Source: an uncultured Candidatus Cloacimonadota bacterium
Lineage (GTDB): Bacteria > Cloacimonadota > Cloacimonadia > Cloacimonadales > JAJBBL01
DNA length: 64,000 bases
Assembly: GCA_964490765.1 (NCBI GenBank)
Contig: CAZBDV010000007.1
Location: 8,065-72,064 of the forward strand
Reading direction: 5' to 3'
Part shown: positions 17,859-27,800 of the stretch, piece by piece
Layout: every line of letters begins with the position of its first letter
How positions within the stretch are numbered: the first letter of the stretch is position 1
The notes under the pieces: model-generated
The model's input: the letters and a program-made list of their open reading frames with translations, nothing else
What the model was told of the DNA's origin: nothing
Database searches by the model: none
Program-made: the position numbers and the translations under genes

Positions 17859-19010
17859 ATGGGAAAACTGAGCATAGTCCTGATAACCACGTTACTGATT
17901 GCTTTAACCTATTATGCAGTCAGCACGATCAGCGGACATACTTCATCGACACAGCCTGACATCAATTCTCTCTCTTACCAGCGAGCCCGGAATATATCTA
18001 ACAGTGTAGCGGAGAACATAATCAGGAAGATAATGTCCAGGGCCAACAACTGGGATTTTTTCGACCGTCCGGACGGCCTGATCAACGACCATCCACTGCA
18101 CACTTATCAGGACTGGCCGGAGATGGAGGGGAGCTACAGGCTGACCCGGCTGGAAAAGAGTGCCGATTCTTTCAGTCTCGTTGTTTCGGGTAAGTATTCC
18201 GACTATGAGTATGAGACTGAATATCGGTTAATGAGGCGGCAACCGGATAGTGTCATATTCGATTATGCCCTCTTCGCCCGGGACCGGATCGAGATCAATA
18301 AACTCTCCTATCTGGACAGTTACGATTCGAGCAGAGGTTTCTGGGAATCACCCGGGCAATCTAACAATCTCAATATAGGCACCGGTGGGGGTGAATATAC
18401 AATCAGAAACGAAGGTAAGATCTTCGGTGATATACATTACTGTGTGGAAAAGAACCTCTCCCCTCTCCCCGATCCCGGTGGGGGTAAACTGATCACTGTT
18501 CCAGCCAAAGGTAAGGGAATCTTAGAACTGACCTCCGGACGTTACAGGATCAGGGATACCCTGTCTATTTCAGGGGCACGTGGTCTTATCATAAATGGAA
18601 ATGTCTCTCTATATATAGAAAATGATTTGATTGTAGAAGGTAATAAGGGTATAAGAATCACCGAAAACTCCTCGCTCGTCCTCTTCGTCTCCGGCTTTTT
18701 GAGAGTTGCCGGAGCGGGGTTCGTCAACGATAACCCGGCAGCAAGCAGCCTTATGATCTTCGGCACAGAGCAATGTCGTGAGATAAGCATTACCGGCTCG
18801 ACTGACCGACAACTGGTAGGGGCTGTATATGCCCCGGAAGCGCTCATAACAGTCTCAGGACCAGGGATGGGATTATACGGTGCACTCGTAGGAAGAGAGA
18901 TTCATCTCCAGAGCAATCCCTACAGCAAACTCCATTATGATGAAGCTCTCGCCAGAATGAAGGACCTTAACTACAATCTCTATTATTATGCTGTGGGATG
19001 GGATAAATAA
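17859..19010 (+). CDS. PilX-like minor pilin / beta-solenoid protein, paralog of 8329-9528
   Basis: Shares DWPE.EG.Y, FDYA..AR..I.INKLSY.DS, DPGGG, VYAPEA, HYDEAL with 8329; GGAGG SD. Confidence 0.65.
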   Translation: MGKLSIVLITTLLIALTYYAVSTISGHTSSTQPDINSLSYQRARNISNSVAENIIRKIMSRANNWDFFDRPDGLINDHPLHTYQDWPEMEGSYRLTRLEKSADSFSLVVSGKYSDYEYETEYRLMRRQPDSVIFDYALFARDRIEINKLSYLDSYDSSRGFWESPGQSNNLNIGTGGGEYTIRNEGKIFGDIHYCVEKNLSPLPDPGGGKLITVPAKGKGILELTSGRYRIRDTLSISGARGLIINGNVSLYIENDLIVEGNKGIRITENSSLVLFVSGFLRVAGAGFVNDNPAASSLMIFGTEQCREISITGSTDRQLVGAVYAPEALITVSGPGMGLYGALVGREIHLQSNPYSKLHYDEALARMKDLNYNLYYYAVGWDK

Positions 19011-19341
19011 TCATGGAACTTCTAACTCGTTATCAGCGTGATAATTCTACTTTCGAAAAAGCTAACTCTCGATGGGAGCGGATCTTTCAGAGAGAAAAAA
19101 CAGAGGCTTCACTACCAGCGGTATCTGGCAGCCTTGGCTTTTCTATCTTACTATCTTTCAGTGAGTTAGAGCAACCAGGCAGAGCTGTGAGAGTGCAAAA
19201 TATTCACTAAAGCGAGGATAAGAATATGATTATCATAGATTTAGTTCTTGACATTTATCACGGTATGTTGCATAGAAGTCCAATGAATTTCAAATCAGAA
19301 AGTGAAGGGAGTGCAAATTTGAAAGAGCAAGGCGGGTTCAG

Positions 19342-20562
19342 ATGAATTTTTCGTTTTCGAAGAAGTTGAAGGAGATTCCCTTCTATGTTCAGGGAGTGGA
19401 CCGAGTAGCGGAGATCAACCGGATTATTTCAGAGAATCCGGACTATCGTCTTGAAGCGCAGAAGGTGGTAGATACCTTTCTGGGCAAGATGATCGATCTG
19501 GAAGCATCAGATATTGATTTTGGCGGGATGGGTGCTGACCGTATGGTCTGGATGCGCATCTTCAGCCGCAAATTTCCCTATACAGAGTTTTCCCATCTAG
19601 ATCTGGACGATTCAGCAGCCCTGATCTGCTCCATACTCTCGGAGAAGAAAGTAGATTCACTTATCCTTTCCCAGAATGCCGATTTTTCATATCAGTTAAA
19701 GCGTGACAATCTTCTTCATCGTTTTCGTGCCGATGCTTATATGGATCTTGACTATTTGGCCGTGAATTTCCGGCGGATCAATCCCCAGCCATTCTCGATG
19801 GAATCACTTGGCTTCCCGCCCCCCATCGTGAGGAAGCTCGACCTCGATTTCGAGAAGAAAGGTCTGATCCTGATCACCGGTATAACCGGATCCGGTAAGA
19901 GTACCACTCTCGATGCGATAATCAATATGAACAACAATCACAACGAAGCACACTGCACCATCATCGGGAGCCCGATAGAGTATTTCCACAAATCGAATAA
20001 ATGTATAGTCAGGCATCGCGAGGTTGGGCGAGATACTCTCTCTTTCAAACAGGGGACTATCGAGTGCTTGCGTCAGGACCCCGACATAATTGTCATAGGT
20101 GAGATGCGTGATCCTGATACGATCATGACTGCCCTGGAGATCACCGATAGTGGTCATAGGGTATTCTCAACTCTGCATACAGCTTCTGCCTTGGAGAGTA
20201 TTCATCGTATAGTAGCAGAGTGTCCGGTAGAGGAGCAGCAGCGGGTAAGGATGCGTCTGGCAGATGTTCTCAGCGTCGTAATCTCGCAGAAGCTCGTTCC
20301 CTCGATCGACGGGAAGCGAATCATGGCGAAAGAGATCCTTAACGTTACTCCTAACGTAGCGGCAGCGATCATCAATAATAATATCAGCGAGATCTATCAG
20401 ATGATCACCGAGGGAAAAGAATACGGAATGATAACCATGGAGCAGGATCTGCTCCGTTTATATATGAATAAGGTAATAACCAGAAAGAATGCAATCGCGT
20501 ATGCTAACAACAAAAAAAGGATAGTCGATCTTATTCAGTATTACAAGAATAAGATGGCATAA
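19342..20562 (+). CDS. pilT: PilT/PilU-family retraction ATPase
   Basis: GITGSGKST, LRQDPDIIVIGEMRD, GHRVFSTLHT, GMITMEQDL. Confidence 0.88.
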   Translation: MNFSFSKKLKEIPFYVQGVDRVAEINRIISENPDYRLEAQKVVDTFLGKMIDLEASDIDFGGMGADRMVWMRIFSRKFPYTEFSHLDLDDSAALICSILSEKKVDSLILSQNADFSYQLKRDNLLHRFRADAYMDLDYLAVNFRRINPQPFSMESLGFPPPIVRKLDLDFEKKGLILITGITGSGKSTTLDAIINMNNNHNEAHCTIIGSPIEYFHKSNKCIVRHREVGRDTLSFKQGTIECLRQDPDIIVIGEMRDPDTIMTALEITDSGHRVFSTLHTASALESIHRIVAECPVEEQQRVRMRLADVLSVVISQKLVPSIDGKRIMAKEILNVTPNVAAAIINNNISEIYQMITEGKEYGMITMEQDLLRLYMNKVITRKNAIAYANNKKRIVDLIQYYKNKMA

Positions 20563-20572
20563 GAGACTGAGT

Positions 20573-22333
20573 ATGGCAAAAGTAACAAGATCTTTTGGTT
20601 TGATGCAGGACGGTTCTGCGATCAAGATAGCCTACCTGGAAGCCGATAAGGAACTGGTAAGGATAGTTGATCTGCAGACGGTAAAGTTACCGGAGGTGGA
20701 GGTTCCTACGACACCTGACGGTATGTTTGATGAAGCCCTGAGCGATATGGATTTCGATTTCGATTTTGAAGGTGGCAGTGATGAGGGCCCCTCTTCAGGT
20801 GGAGATCAATCCGGATCGGATCAGGATTTTCAGATTCCCAAAGGTCCGGAACCAATAGCAGCCAAATCTGACGAACCCAATCTGGAGGCCATTGCGAGAT
20901 CGATGAATTTCGAAGAAGGGAGAATCTCCCTCAATCTCGATATCTCCAATGTGACCTACAAGGAATTGAAGGTTCCCGAAAAGGCAAGCAAGAAGAAGAT
21001 ATATTCCGAGATCAAGAAATTATTCTTCGATGATGAATCACCAGCGGTGATGACCTTCTCCTATCTTCGGCGTCATGACGACTCAATCGTCGGTATCAGC
21101 CATGAAGGGAAGATGGAGCTTCTGGAGAATCTGATCAATGTCAATCGTTCCATATCCAAGAAACAGTATCATTATTCCTATATCCAGCCGAATGAATTTG
21201 CTCTGATCAATGCCCTCCGTTTTAACTACAATGTGAGGCCAGATGATATTTCTGCCATAGTCTATATCGGGACAGATTCCAGCCGTATAACCCTGGTCAA
21301 GGGTTATGACCTGCTGACAGAATTACCGATCATCAACGAAGGCTACAAGTCGAAAGATACTATCAAAACGATCTTTTCCCGTCTGATGCTGGAGAGCTCA
21401 CACCTCAACCTGACCGTAGTGAATAACTATTTCTTAGCCGGCCAGGGGTTGAACGATTCCATGCTGGAATTCATCGCAGACCGACAACCGGAATCCAGGG
21501 TCGAGTATCTTCTGCCTCAGAAACTGATCGATATGGTCGATTATTCTGATAAGTATGATGAACCGATGCTCGCCGAGTATATTATACCGATTATGCTGGC
21601 TGTCACGGCTGCCCTGCCAAAAAATCCTGTCCTGATCAGATCTAACTTCCTGCCGAGGCAGTTGAAAGAACAACAGAATCTCTTCTCGCTTAATCCGGCA
21701 GGTATTGCCATGCTGGGAGCAATTCTCATCGTTGCTCTGATTGGCCTGAATAATGTTCTCCGTCAGCAGACGGAAAATCGGAGGATTAAGCTGGAAATCG
21801 GGAGAACCGAATCTCAGATCCAGGTTAATCAGGCCAGGCTGGACACTCTGGAGGTTATCAGAGATGAAATTGCTGCTATCGAACAGAGTATATCCCGCTC
21901 TAACCTCCTGATCGGAGAGCGTAACCAGTGGCACTATATAATGGAGCGGATCTCTAATTCATTCCATCGCAACAGGATAAGCTGGCTTACCACCCTGAGG
22001 AATGAGCGAGATGGTTTCCGGGTCATCGGTAATACAACGAACCGGCTTCATATCATTGCTCTCTCGAAGCTCTTCCCCGAATCTGTTATAGAATACATCA
22101 ACGAGAATCCGATAGAAGATAATACTGTCTGGTATTTCGAGATCTTTTTCAGATTCCCTGATCCTCTGGAGACCAAGCGTCTCGATCACCTGCGAGAATC
22201 GAGGATAACGAATATGAGCATGCCAAGCCGACATAATCAGATCGTGGAACCGATAATCATTTCCAGCATTGAGAACACAGATAGATCCTATCTCTCAGAT
22301 ATTGAGGGAAATAACAATCCAGACGGGAGATAG
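20573..22333 (+). CDS. PilM-like cytoplasmic domain fused to TM + PilN-like periplasmic domain
   Basis: PilM-like 'AIVYIG..SSRITLVKG' and 'YFLAGQG'; NFLP (PilN INLLP-like) before TM, coiled coil, 'WLTTL...F.VIG'; position before pilO/secretin. Confidence 0.65.
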   Translation: MAKVTRSFGLMQDGSAIKIAYLEADKELVRIVDLQTVKLPEVEVPTTPDGMFDEALSDMDFDFDFEGGSDEGPSSGGDQSGSDQDFQIPKGPEPIAAKSDEPNLEAIARSMNFEEGRISLNLDISNVTYKELKVPEKASKKKIYSEIKKLFFDDESPAVMTFSYLRRHDDSIVGISHEGKMELLENLINVNRSISKKQYHYSYIQPNEFALINALRFNYNVRPDDISAIVYIGTDSSRITLVKGYDLLTELPIINEGYKSKDTIKTIFSRLMLESSHLNLTVVNNYFLAGQGLNDSMLEFIADRQPESRVEYLLPQKLIDMVDYSDKYDEPMLAEYIIPIMLAVTAALPKNPVLIRSNFLPRQLKEQQNLFSLNPAGIAMLGAILIVALIGLNNVLRQQTENRRIKLEIGRTESQIQVNQARLDTLEVIRDEIAAIEQSISRSNLLIGERNQWHYIMERISNSFHRNRISWLTTLRNERDGFRVIGNTTNRLHIIALSKLFPESVIEYINENPIEDNTVWYFEIFFRFPDPLETKRLDHLRESRITNMSMPSRHNQIVEPIIISSIENTDRSYLSDIEGNNNPDGR

Positions 22334-22337
22334 AAAG

Positions 22338-23249
22338 ATGGGAGAATATAAATTAACATTCCTCTATAAACGAGGACTCGATCACAAGACACGGAACGTG
22401 ATAGTATTGTTTGTTATTCTCGTATTGATAGTCGTTATCGCAATACTGATAGGTAACAAGATGAAGGCGAACCGGGAAGAGTTGCTGGCTCATAATGCCG
22501 AACTTCAGCTTGAACTCTCTAACATCATGGCAGAACTGGCAACCGAAGAATCACTGCGAGAACAGCTTGCAGAACTGAAAGAGGAGCAGTTCCTTTCGGA
22601 TAAACTGATGCCCGATTACAATAATACGACCATAACACTCTCATACATATTCGACATTTTTCAGAAATACAGCACCAATTTCCACTTCAATTACCGGCTG
22701 GTTAACACCGGTGAAGTGGAAGGGGACGAAGATGTTCACTTTATCCGTTATAATATGACCGGCCAGGCTTATATCAACCTGCTCTACGTATTTCTGGACC
22801 AGCTGGAACGACAGCCCGCCTTCTACACGATAGAGACGATAGAACTCGGGACGCAACCACCCGAAGAGAGAGGCAAGGTGAGTTTCAATATCGATTTCAA
22901 GGCTTACTATGCGAACGATGGGGCGGTTCCCCATGAAGACGTTGCCCTTAAGAATCTCCGGGAAAGAAGGCTGGTATATAATATCTTCTATCCCAGAATC
23001 CATCAACCTATGGATAGTGAAGAGCTCAGAGAAAAGCTCGATATCTCCGAAATCATGGTTGTGGGCATGACCCAGGAACGTATATTTATTAGAAACCGTC
23101 GAACCGGGAATATCCAGGTTATGTATCCCGGAGACGAGATCAGATATGGTAGTTTAATAGAGATTGATTGGATAAATCAAGAAGTTGTATTCCGTATAAG
23201 TCCTACCGGGCTGGCTGAAGAGATCCGTCTTCAGATAGAGGCTCAATAA
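22338..23249 (+). CDS. PilO-like protein with C-terminal PilP-like beta domain (ORF track start 22269)
   Basis: TM, coiled coil, 'G..YINLLYVFLDQLE' PilO-like segment, C-terminal 'MYPGDEIRYGSLIEID' PilP-like; ATG 4 nt after upstream stop. Confidence 0.6.
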   Translation: MGEYKLTFLYKRGLDHKTRNVIVLFVILVLIVVIAILIGNKMKANREELLAHNAELQLELSNIMAELATEESLREQLAELKEEQFLSDKLMPDYNNTTITLSYIFDIFQKYSTNFHFNYRLVNTGEVEGDEDVHFIRYNMTGQAYINLLYVFLDQLERQPAFYTIETIELGTQPPEERGKVSFNIDFKAYYANDGAVPHEDVALKNLRERRLVYNIFYPRIHQPMDSEELREKLDISEIMVVGMTQERIFIRNRRTGNIQVMYPGDEIRYGSLIEIDWINQEVVFRISPTGLAEEIRLQIEAQ

Positions 23250-23273
23250 CAATTAAACAAGGAGTATCCATTG

Positions 23274-23354
23274 ATGAAAACCAGAAAAAGGAGAACTGAG
23301 AAGAATGACCCTGTTGGGATTCATCAGTGGAATAAACATGGGAGTTCTTTATAA
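23274..23354 (+). CDS. possible 26-aa leader ORF coupled to secretin
   Basis: AAGGAG SD; MKTRKRRTEKNDPVGIHQWNKHGSSL; TAA overlaps secretin ATG (TAATG). Confidence 0.3.
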   Translation: MKTRKRRTEKNDPVGIHQWNKHGSSL

Positions 23355-24535
23355 TGAGAAGTAAATTAATTTATTCAACACTAGTAGCACTCATGCTCTG
23401 TATCGCTACTTGTGGCTTGTATGCCGCACCACAAGGCGAAAAGGATTTGATCAGCCTGTCGGAAAATGTTCGTTTCCCCGATGCAGTCAGGATATTCGAC
23501 ACTCTGTATCGCCAGCACGAAAACAAGGTTCTTCTCGATATGTCAGATTTTGATGCCCCTATAGGGATCAATCTCGACCGTATTCACTGGAAAGCCGCGT
23601 TTTACAGTATACTGAGGAATAATGAACTTTTGGTTCAGGAACGGGAAAACGCCTATGTAATCCGGAAAGAGAGTGACCTGAAAGCTCCCGATGATAAAGA
23701 GGTTGAGTATCTGGATGATATCCTGATCGAAGCTACATTCTTCGAAGCTGATTTTCATACTGTCAGAGAACTCGGAATAGACTGGAGTACCTTTGTCGGT
23801 GGCCGGGTCAGGATCAATGCCGATCTGGTCAGCACGAACCAGCTGGCTGAAGACCTGTTAACGGTCGATCTGGGAAATAGAGGTTTTGATATCGGCTCTA
23901 CTTCGATTGATGTCAATACCCTCTTCAAATCACTGGCTGCAACTGACAATGGACATGTGATCTCCACACCCCAGGTTACAGTTACCTCCGGTGAAACTGG
24001 AAGTGTCCAGGATGGTGTTGACTATACTATCCTGCTTGCCGGTATTACTACTACCGGAGTAGAAGTCGAACAGGCCAGAGAAGTCGAGGTTCAATCAGGA
24101 ACAATCGTCAGGGTTACTCCGACCGTCATCCTCGATGAAGAGGGAGAAAAGGCGATCAAGATGGATATCAGGGTCGAACGCAGCACGGCACAACCCAATC
24201 CGACAGGATATTCCAAAGCTACAGCAGAAGTAAACAGCCATAAGACTCTCTACAGCGGTGAGGAGACTATTATTGGTGGCCTGACAACGACCGGCACGCG
24301 GCATCTTCGTAAGGGGATACCCTTCCTGAAGGATCTACCGTGGTGGGTATTCGGGATCAGGTATTTTACCGGATATAATCGTCAGGAAGTCCAGAACAAA
24401 GAGCTTATTATCCTGCTAAAAGCTACTATCCTGCCCTCGATTCACGAACGAAGGTTCAGGCATCAGGATGTATCAGAAGAGATAGAGATCCAGAGACAGA
24501 GACAACCGGAACTGGCTCCAAAGCTCTTACCGTAA
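23354..24535 (+). CDS. pilQ: outer-membrane secretin (PilQ/GspD family), short form
   Basis: Signal peptide; ILIEATFFE, ELGIDW, STPQVTVTSGETG, GEETIIGGL, GIPFLKDLP, ELIILLKATI. Confidence 0.85.
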   Translation: MRSKLIYSTLVALMLCIATCGLYAAPQGEKDLISLSENVRFPDAVRIFDTLYRQHENKVLLDMSDFDAPIGINLDRIHWKAAFYSILRNNELLVQERENAYVIRKESDLKAPDDKEVEYLDDILIEATFFEADFHTVRELGIDWSTFVGGRVRINADLVSTNQLAEDLLTVDLGNRGFDIGSTSIDVNTLFKSLAATDNGHVISTPQVTVTSGETGSVQDGVDYTILLAGITTTGVEVEQAREVEVQSGTIVRVTPTVILDEEGEKAIKMDIRVERSTAQPNPTGYSKATAEVNSHKTLYSGEETIIGGLTTTGTRHLRKGIPFLKDLPWWVFGIRYFTGYNRQEVQNKELIILLKATILPSIHERRFRHQDVSEEIEIQRQRQPELAPKLLP

Positions 24536-24657
24536 ACTGTCCTTTGTGATTGCTCTGAATGTTGAGATATAATAATTACCTGGTTATCTCCGCACAGCAG
24601 CGGAGAACATAACCTGCGTAGATCTCATTAACAGAGTAAGAGAATAGAATTAGACAG

Positions 24658-24695
24658 AACATCGCAACAGCTTAAAGTTGTTGCGATGTTTTTTT
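24658..24695 (+). terminator. intrinsic terminator after secretin
   Basis: AACATCGCAACAGCT..AGTTGTTGCGATGTT + T tract. Confidence 0.8.
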
Positions 24696-24802
24696 GTTTG
24701 TAATTTGGGTAAGGATTGATTGGGATCCTTTGAAATGAAGAAAGGGTAAGTCTGTCTCTCTGATCGTGTATTTCCAGTAGAATCGATATTGGAATAGGAT
24801 CT

Positions 24803-27800
24803 CTAACTCTTAAGCATGCTGTTGATAGCTCTGATCAAGTTGCTGATAGTATAGGGTTTCTCTATGGCGCTGTCGAAACCGTAATCTGCATATTCGGCTA
24901 TTACCGGGTCATTGGAATAACCGCTGGAAACAATCGCCTTGATATCCGGATCTATCTCTTTCAATTTTGTAATGGTCTCCTTACCACCCATACCCTGAAT
25001 AATGATCAGATCGAGAATCAGAAAAGATATTTCTTCTCCGATAGCTTTAGCCTTCTGAAAAATATCGAGAGTCTCTTCTCCATTCTGGGTTGCTATAACC
25101 TGGAAACCGAGTGACTCGAGCATATTACCAAGAGTCATTCTGATCTCCAGATCGTCATCCATCAGAATAACCTTCCCCTCTCCTTTAAACGACAGTTCGA
25201 TCTTCTCTTTACTCTCCGGCACATATTCCCCGCGGGCAACCGGAATGAACATCGTAAATAGTGAACCCTCCCCCGGTTTTGAAGCGGCGAGCAAATAACC
25301 ATCATGCCTTGTCATTATATTGAAACTGATAGAGAGGCCGAGGCCGCTACCTTCCTGTTTCGTCGTATAGAACGGATCAAATATCTGTTCCAGTTGTTCT
25401 GCTGCTATTCCTTCACCGGTATCAGCGATCTCCATTCTTATATATTCTCCAGCTCTCAGTGGCAAATCAGACTTCTCCCCTATTTCGATATTATCGGCAT
25501 TAACCGTCAAATCACCACCATCCGGCATGGCCTGAAGAGCATTAATAACCAGATTGTTAATAACCTGGCATATCTGGTTTTCGTCGACTTCGACTGCTTT
25601 AAGATCATCAGATATATTCAAATGACAATTAACCTTTGAACCCTTGGCAGCAAAGAGAACGGTATCCTCTATCGTCTTCTCGAGTTTGATGATCTTCTTG
25701 ATCGGATCGCCACCCCTGGAGAAGGTCAATAACTGCCGTGAGAGATCCTTTGCCCTGAAACAAGCCTTCTCTGCTGTATAGAGCCGCCCTGTCAGACTCT
25801 CGAATCCACGCTCTCTCCTCAGTTTTCTGATTACCATAGAGATATTTCCCATTATGGCAGTGAGGATGTTGTTAAAATCGTGGGCTATTCCTCCAGCCAG
25901 AGCTCCTACTGTCTCCAGTTTCTGTATCTTGATCAATTCCTGCTCGATCCTCTGTTTCTGAGTAACATCACTGAAGGCTACCACTACTCCGATTATGATC
26001 CCGTTCTGATTGTATATCGGAGCTCCACTGTTAGAGACGAACAACCGTTTTCCTGTCCTTGTAACAAGTATGGAATAATGGTCATATGTAACTATCTTTC
26101 CGGAATCCAGGACTAACCGGACAGGATCATTGCACTCCTCTTCAGTTTTCGGATTCACGATCCGATAGACCTGAGAGAATTGTCTTCCCAGGGCTTCTTC
26201 CTTCTTCCAGCCGGTAAGGTCTTCTGCAACACTATTCATCAAGATTATTCTTCCTGAAATATCGGTACTGATAACACCATCTCCGATTGACTTGAGAGTA
26301 ACCGATAAGAGTTCTTTCTCTTTATGAAGAGCTAATTCTGCCTTCAGTCGTTCCTCTTCGACTCTCTTCTCCTGGGTAACGTCCCGGCCACAACCGACTA
26401 TTCCAATCATCTCCCCATTCTCATCCCAGAACGGTGCCTTATGAACATCAAAAAAGGTGAACTGGCCATGAACGAAGCCCGATTCAAGGTAACGGCCCGG
26501 CTCACGTTTCTCGATCGTCATCCTGTCAGAATCGACAATATCGTCTGCAAAGGTAAACCACTGTTTGTTGTCGCTGCGTGAATCCCTCTCACGCTGATAG
26601 AAAAACTCGTCACTCTGACCGATCGGCTCTTCAGGATTTTCTGTATTCAGAAGTTTCTCGCAGGTAGCTTTGTTGGCAAAGATATACTTGCGGTCCAGAT
26701 CCTTAGCCCAGATGAGATCGGGAACGTTGTCACACATCAGCCTCACCATAGTATAGAGCTCCCTGTACTTCTTTTCACTGCTTCGTAAAGCCTCTTCCAG
26801 CATCTTCTCATATCGGACGTCATAACCGACGATAATAGTCCCGAGAATATCACCGGCATCATCCTTAACCTCTGCAGAAGAGAGATTGAATGGTATGATC
26901 TCGCCATTCTTCTTGCGAAGATAGTAATCGTGCTGTTTTACATCCTCAAGATCATTCTGCCCGGATAGCAACTGCTGGGCCAGATCCTTATCTATCAGGA
27001 TGCTTTCGAAAGGTTTGTTGATAATCTCCGGCCAGTCAAAACCAAGTATATCCTGAGTAAATTGGTTGATCCTGATTATCTTCCCCTCACTATCGAGAAA
27101 AAAGAGAAGCTCTTTCATATTGGCTATGATCTCATTGGCTGCGATCTGGGGAGTAATGACCAGAAATTTGTATCTTACTATGGCATAGCTGAAACCGATT
27201 ACCCAGAGAAACGAAGTAACATGGATCAGGGAAGGAAAATCTACAGGCTGGATAATCGGAAGTAAATAACTGTTCAGGAATATCCCGGCAAAATATAGAG
27301 TTAGAGTGGCCATTATGATCTGCGATTGCTTCTTCTCCTTCCTGACTTGCGTTTTGAAGCTCCAGTTGATCAGCAGATAGAAACTGATTCCAATTGAGAG
27401 AACCAGGTAGATCATGAAAGAGAGATACCAGATGGATTCTATATCCGGTTTGAAGACCCACTGCTCATCTATATAGACATACTCATTCGTCAGAAGATTG
27501 CCCAGAATCGATTGAATAAAGAAAAGAATTCCTGCCAGAAAAAATGCCAGCTTCGTTATACTCTTAAAAAGCAGACTCTGTGCCCTGTTCAGATCGAAGA
27601 AGAAATTTACCAGTAAAGCCGGGAAAAATATCCATCCGAATGAGGCTACAGTCTCCCAGAACACGACAATCTGCTTATCTGTCGATGCATGTATGAACAT
27701 AAATCCGAAAGACCAGATTACCAGGCTCAGACAGAGATAGAAAAAGGAACGATTTACTTTAGAACCTGACTTTGTAAAGAGAACATAGAGCCCTAACTGT

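Noticed and set aside
19013..19210. 65-aa ORF right after second PilX-like gene
   Set aside because: No recognisable motif and weak SD; cannot be supported, though not excluded
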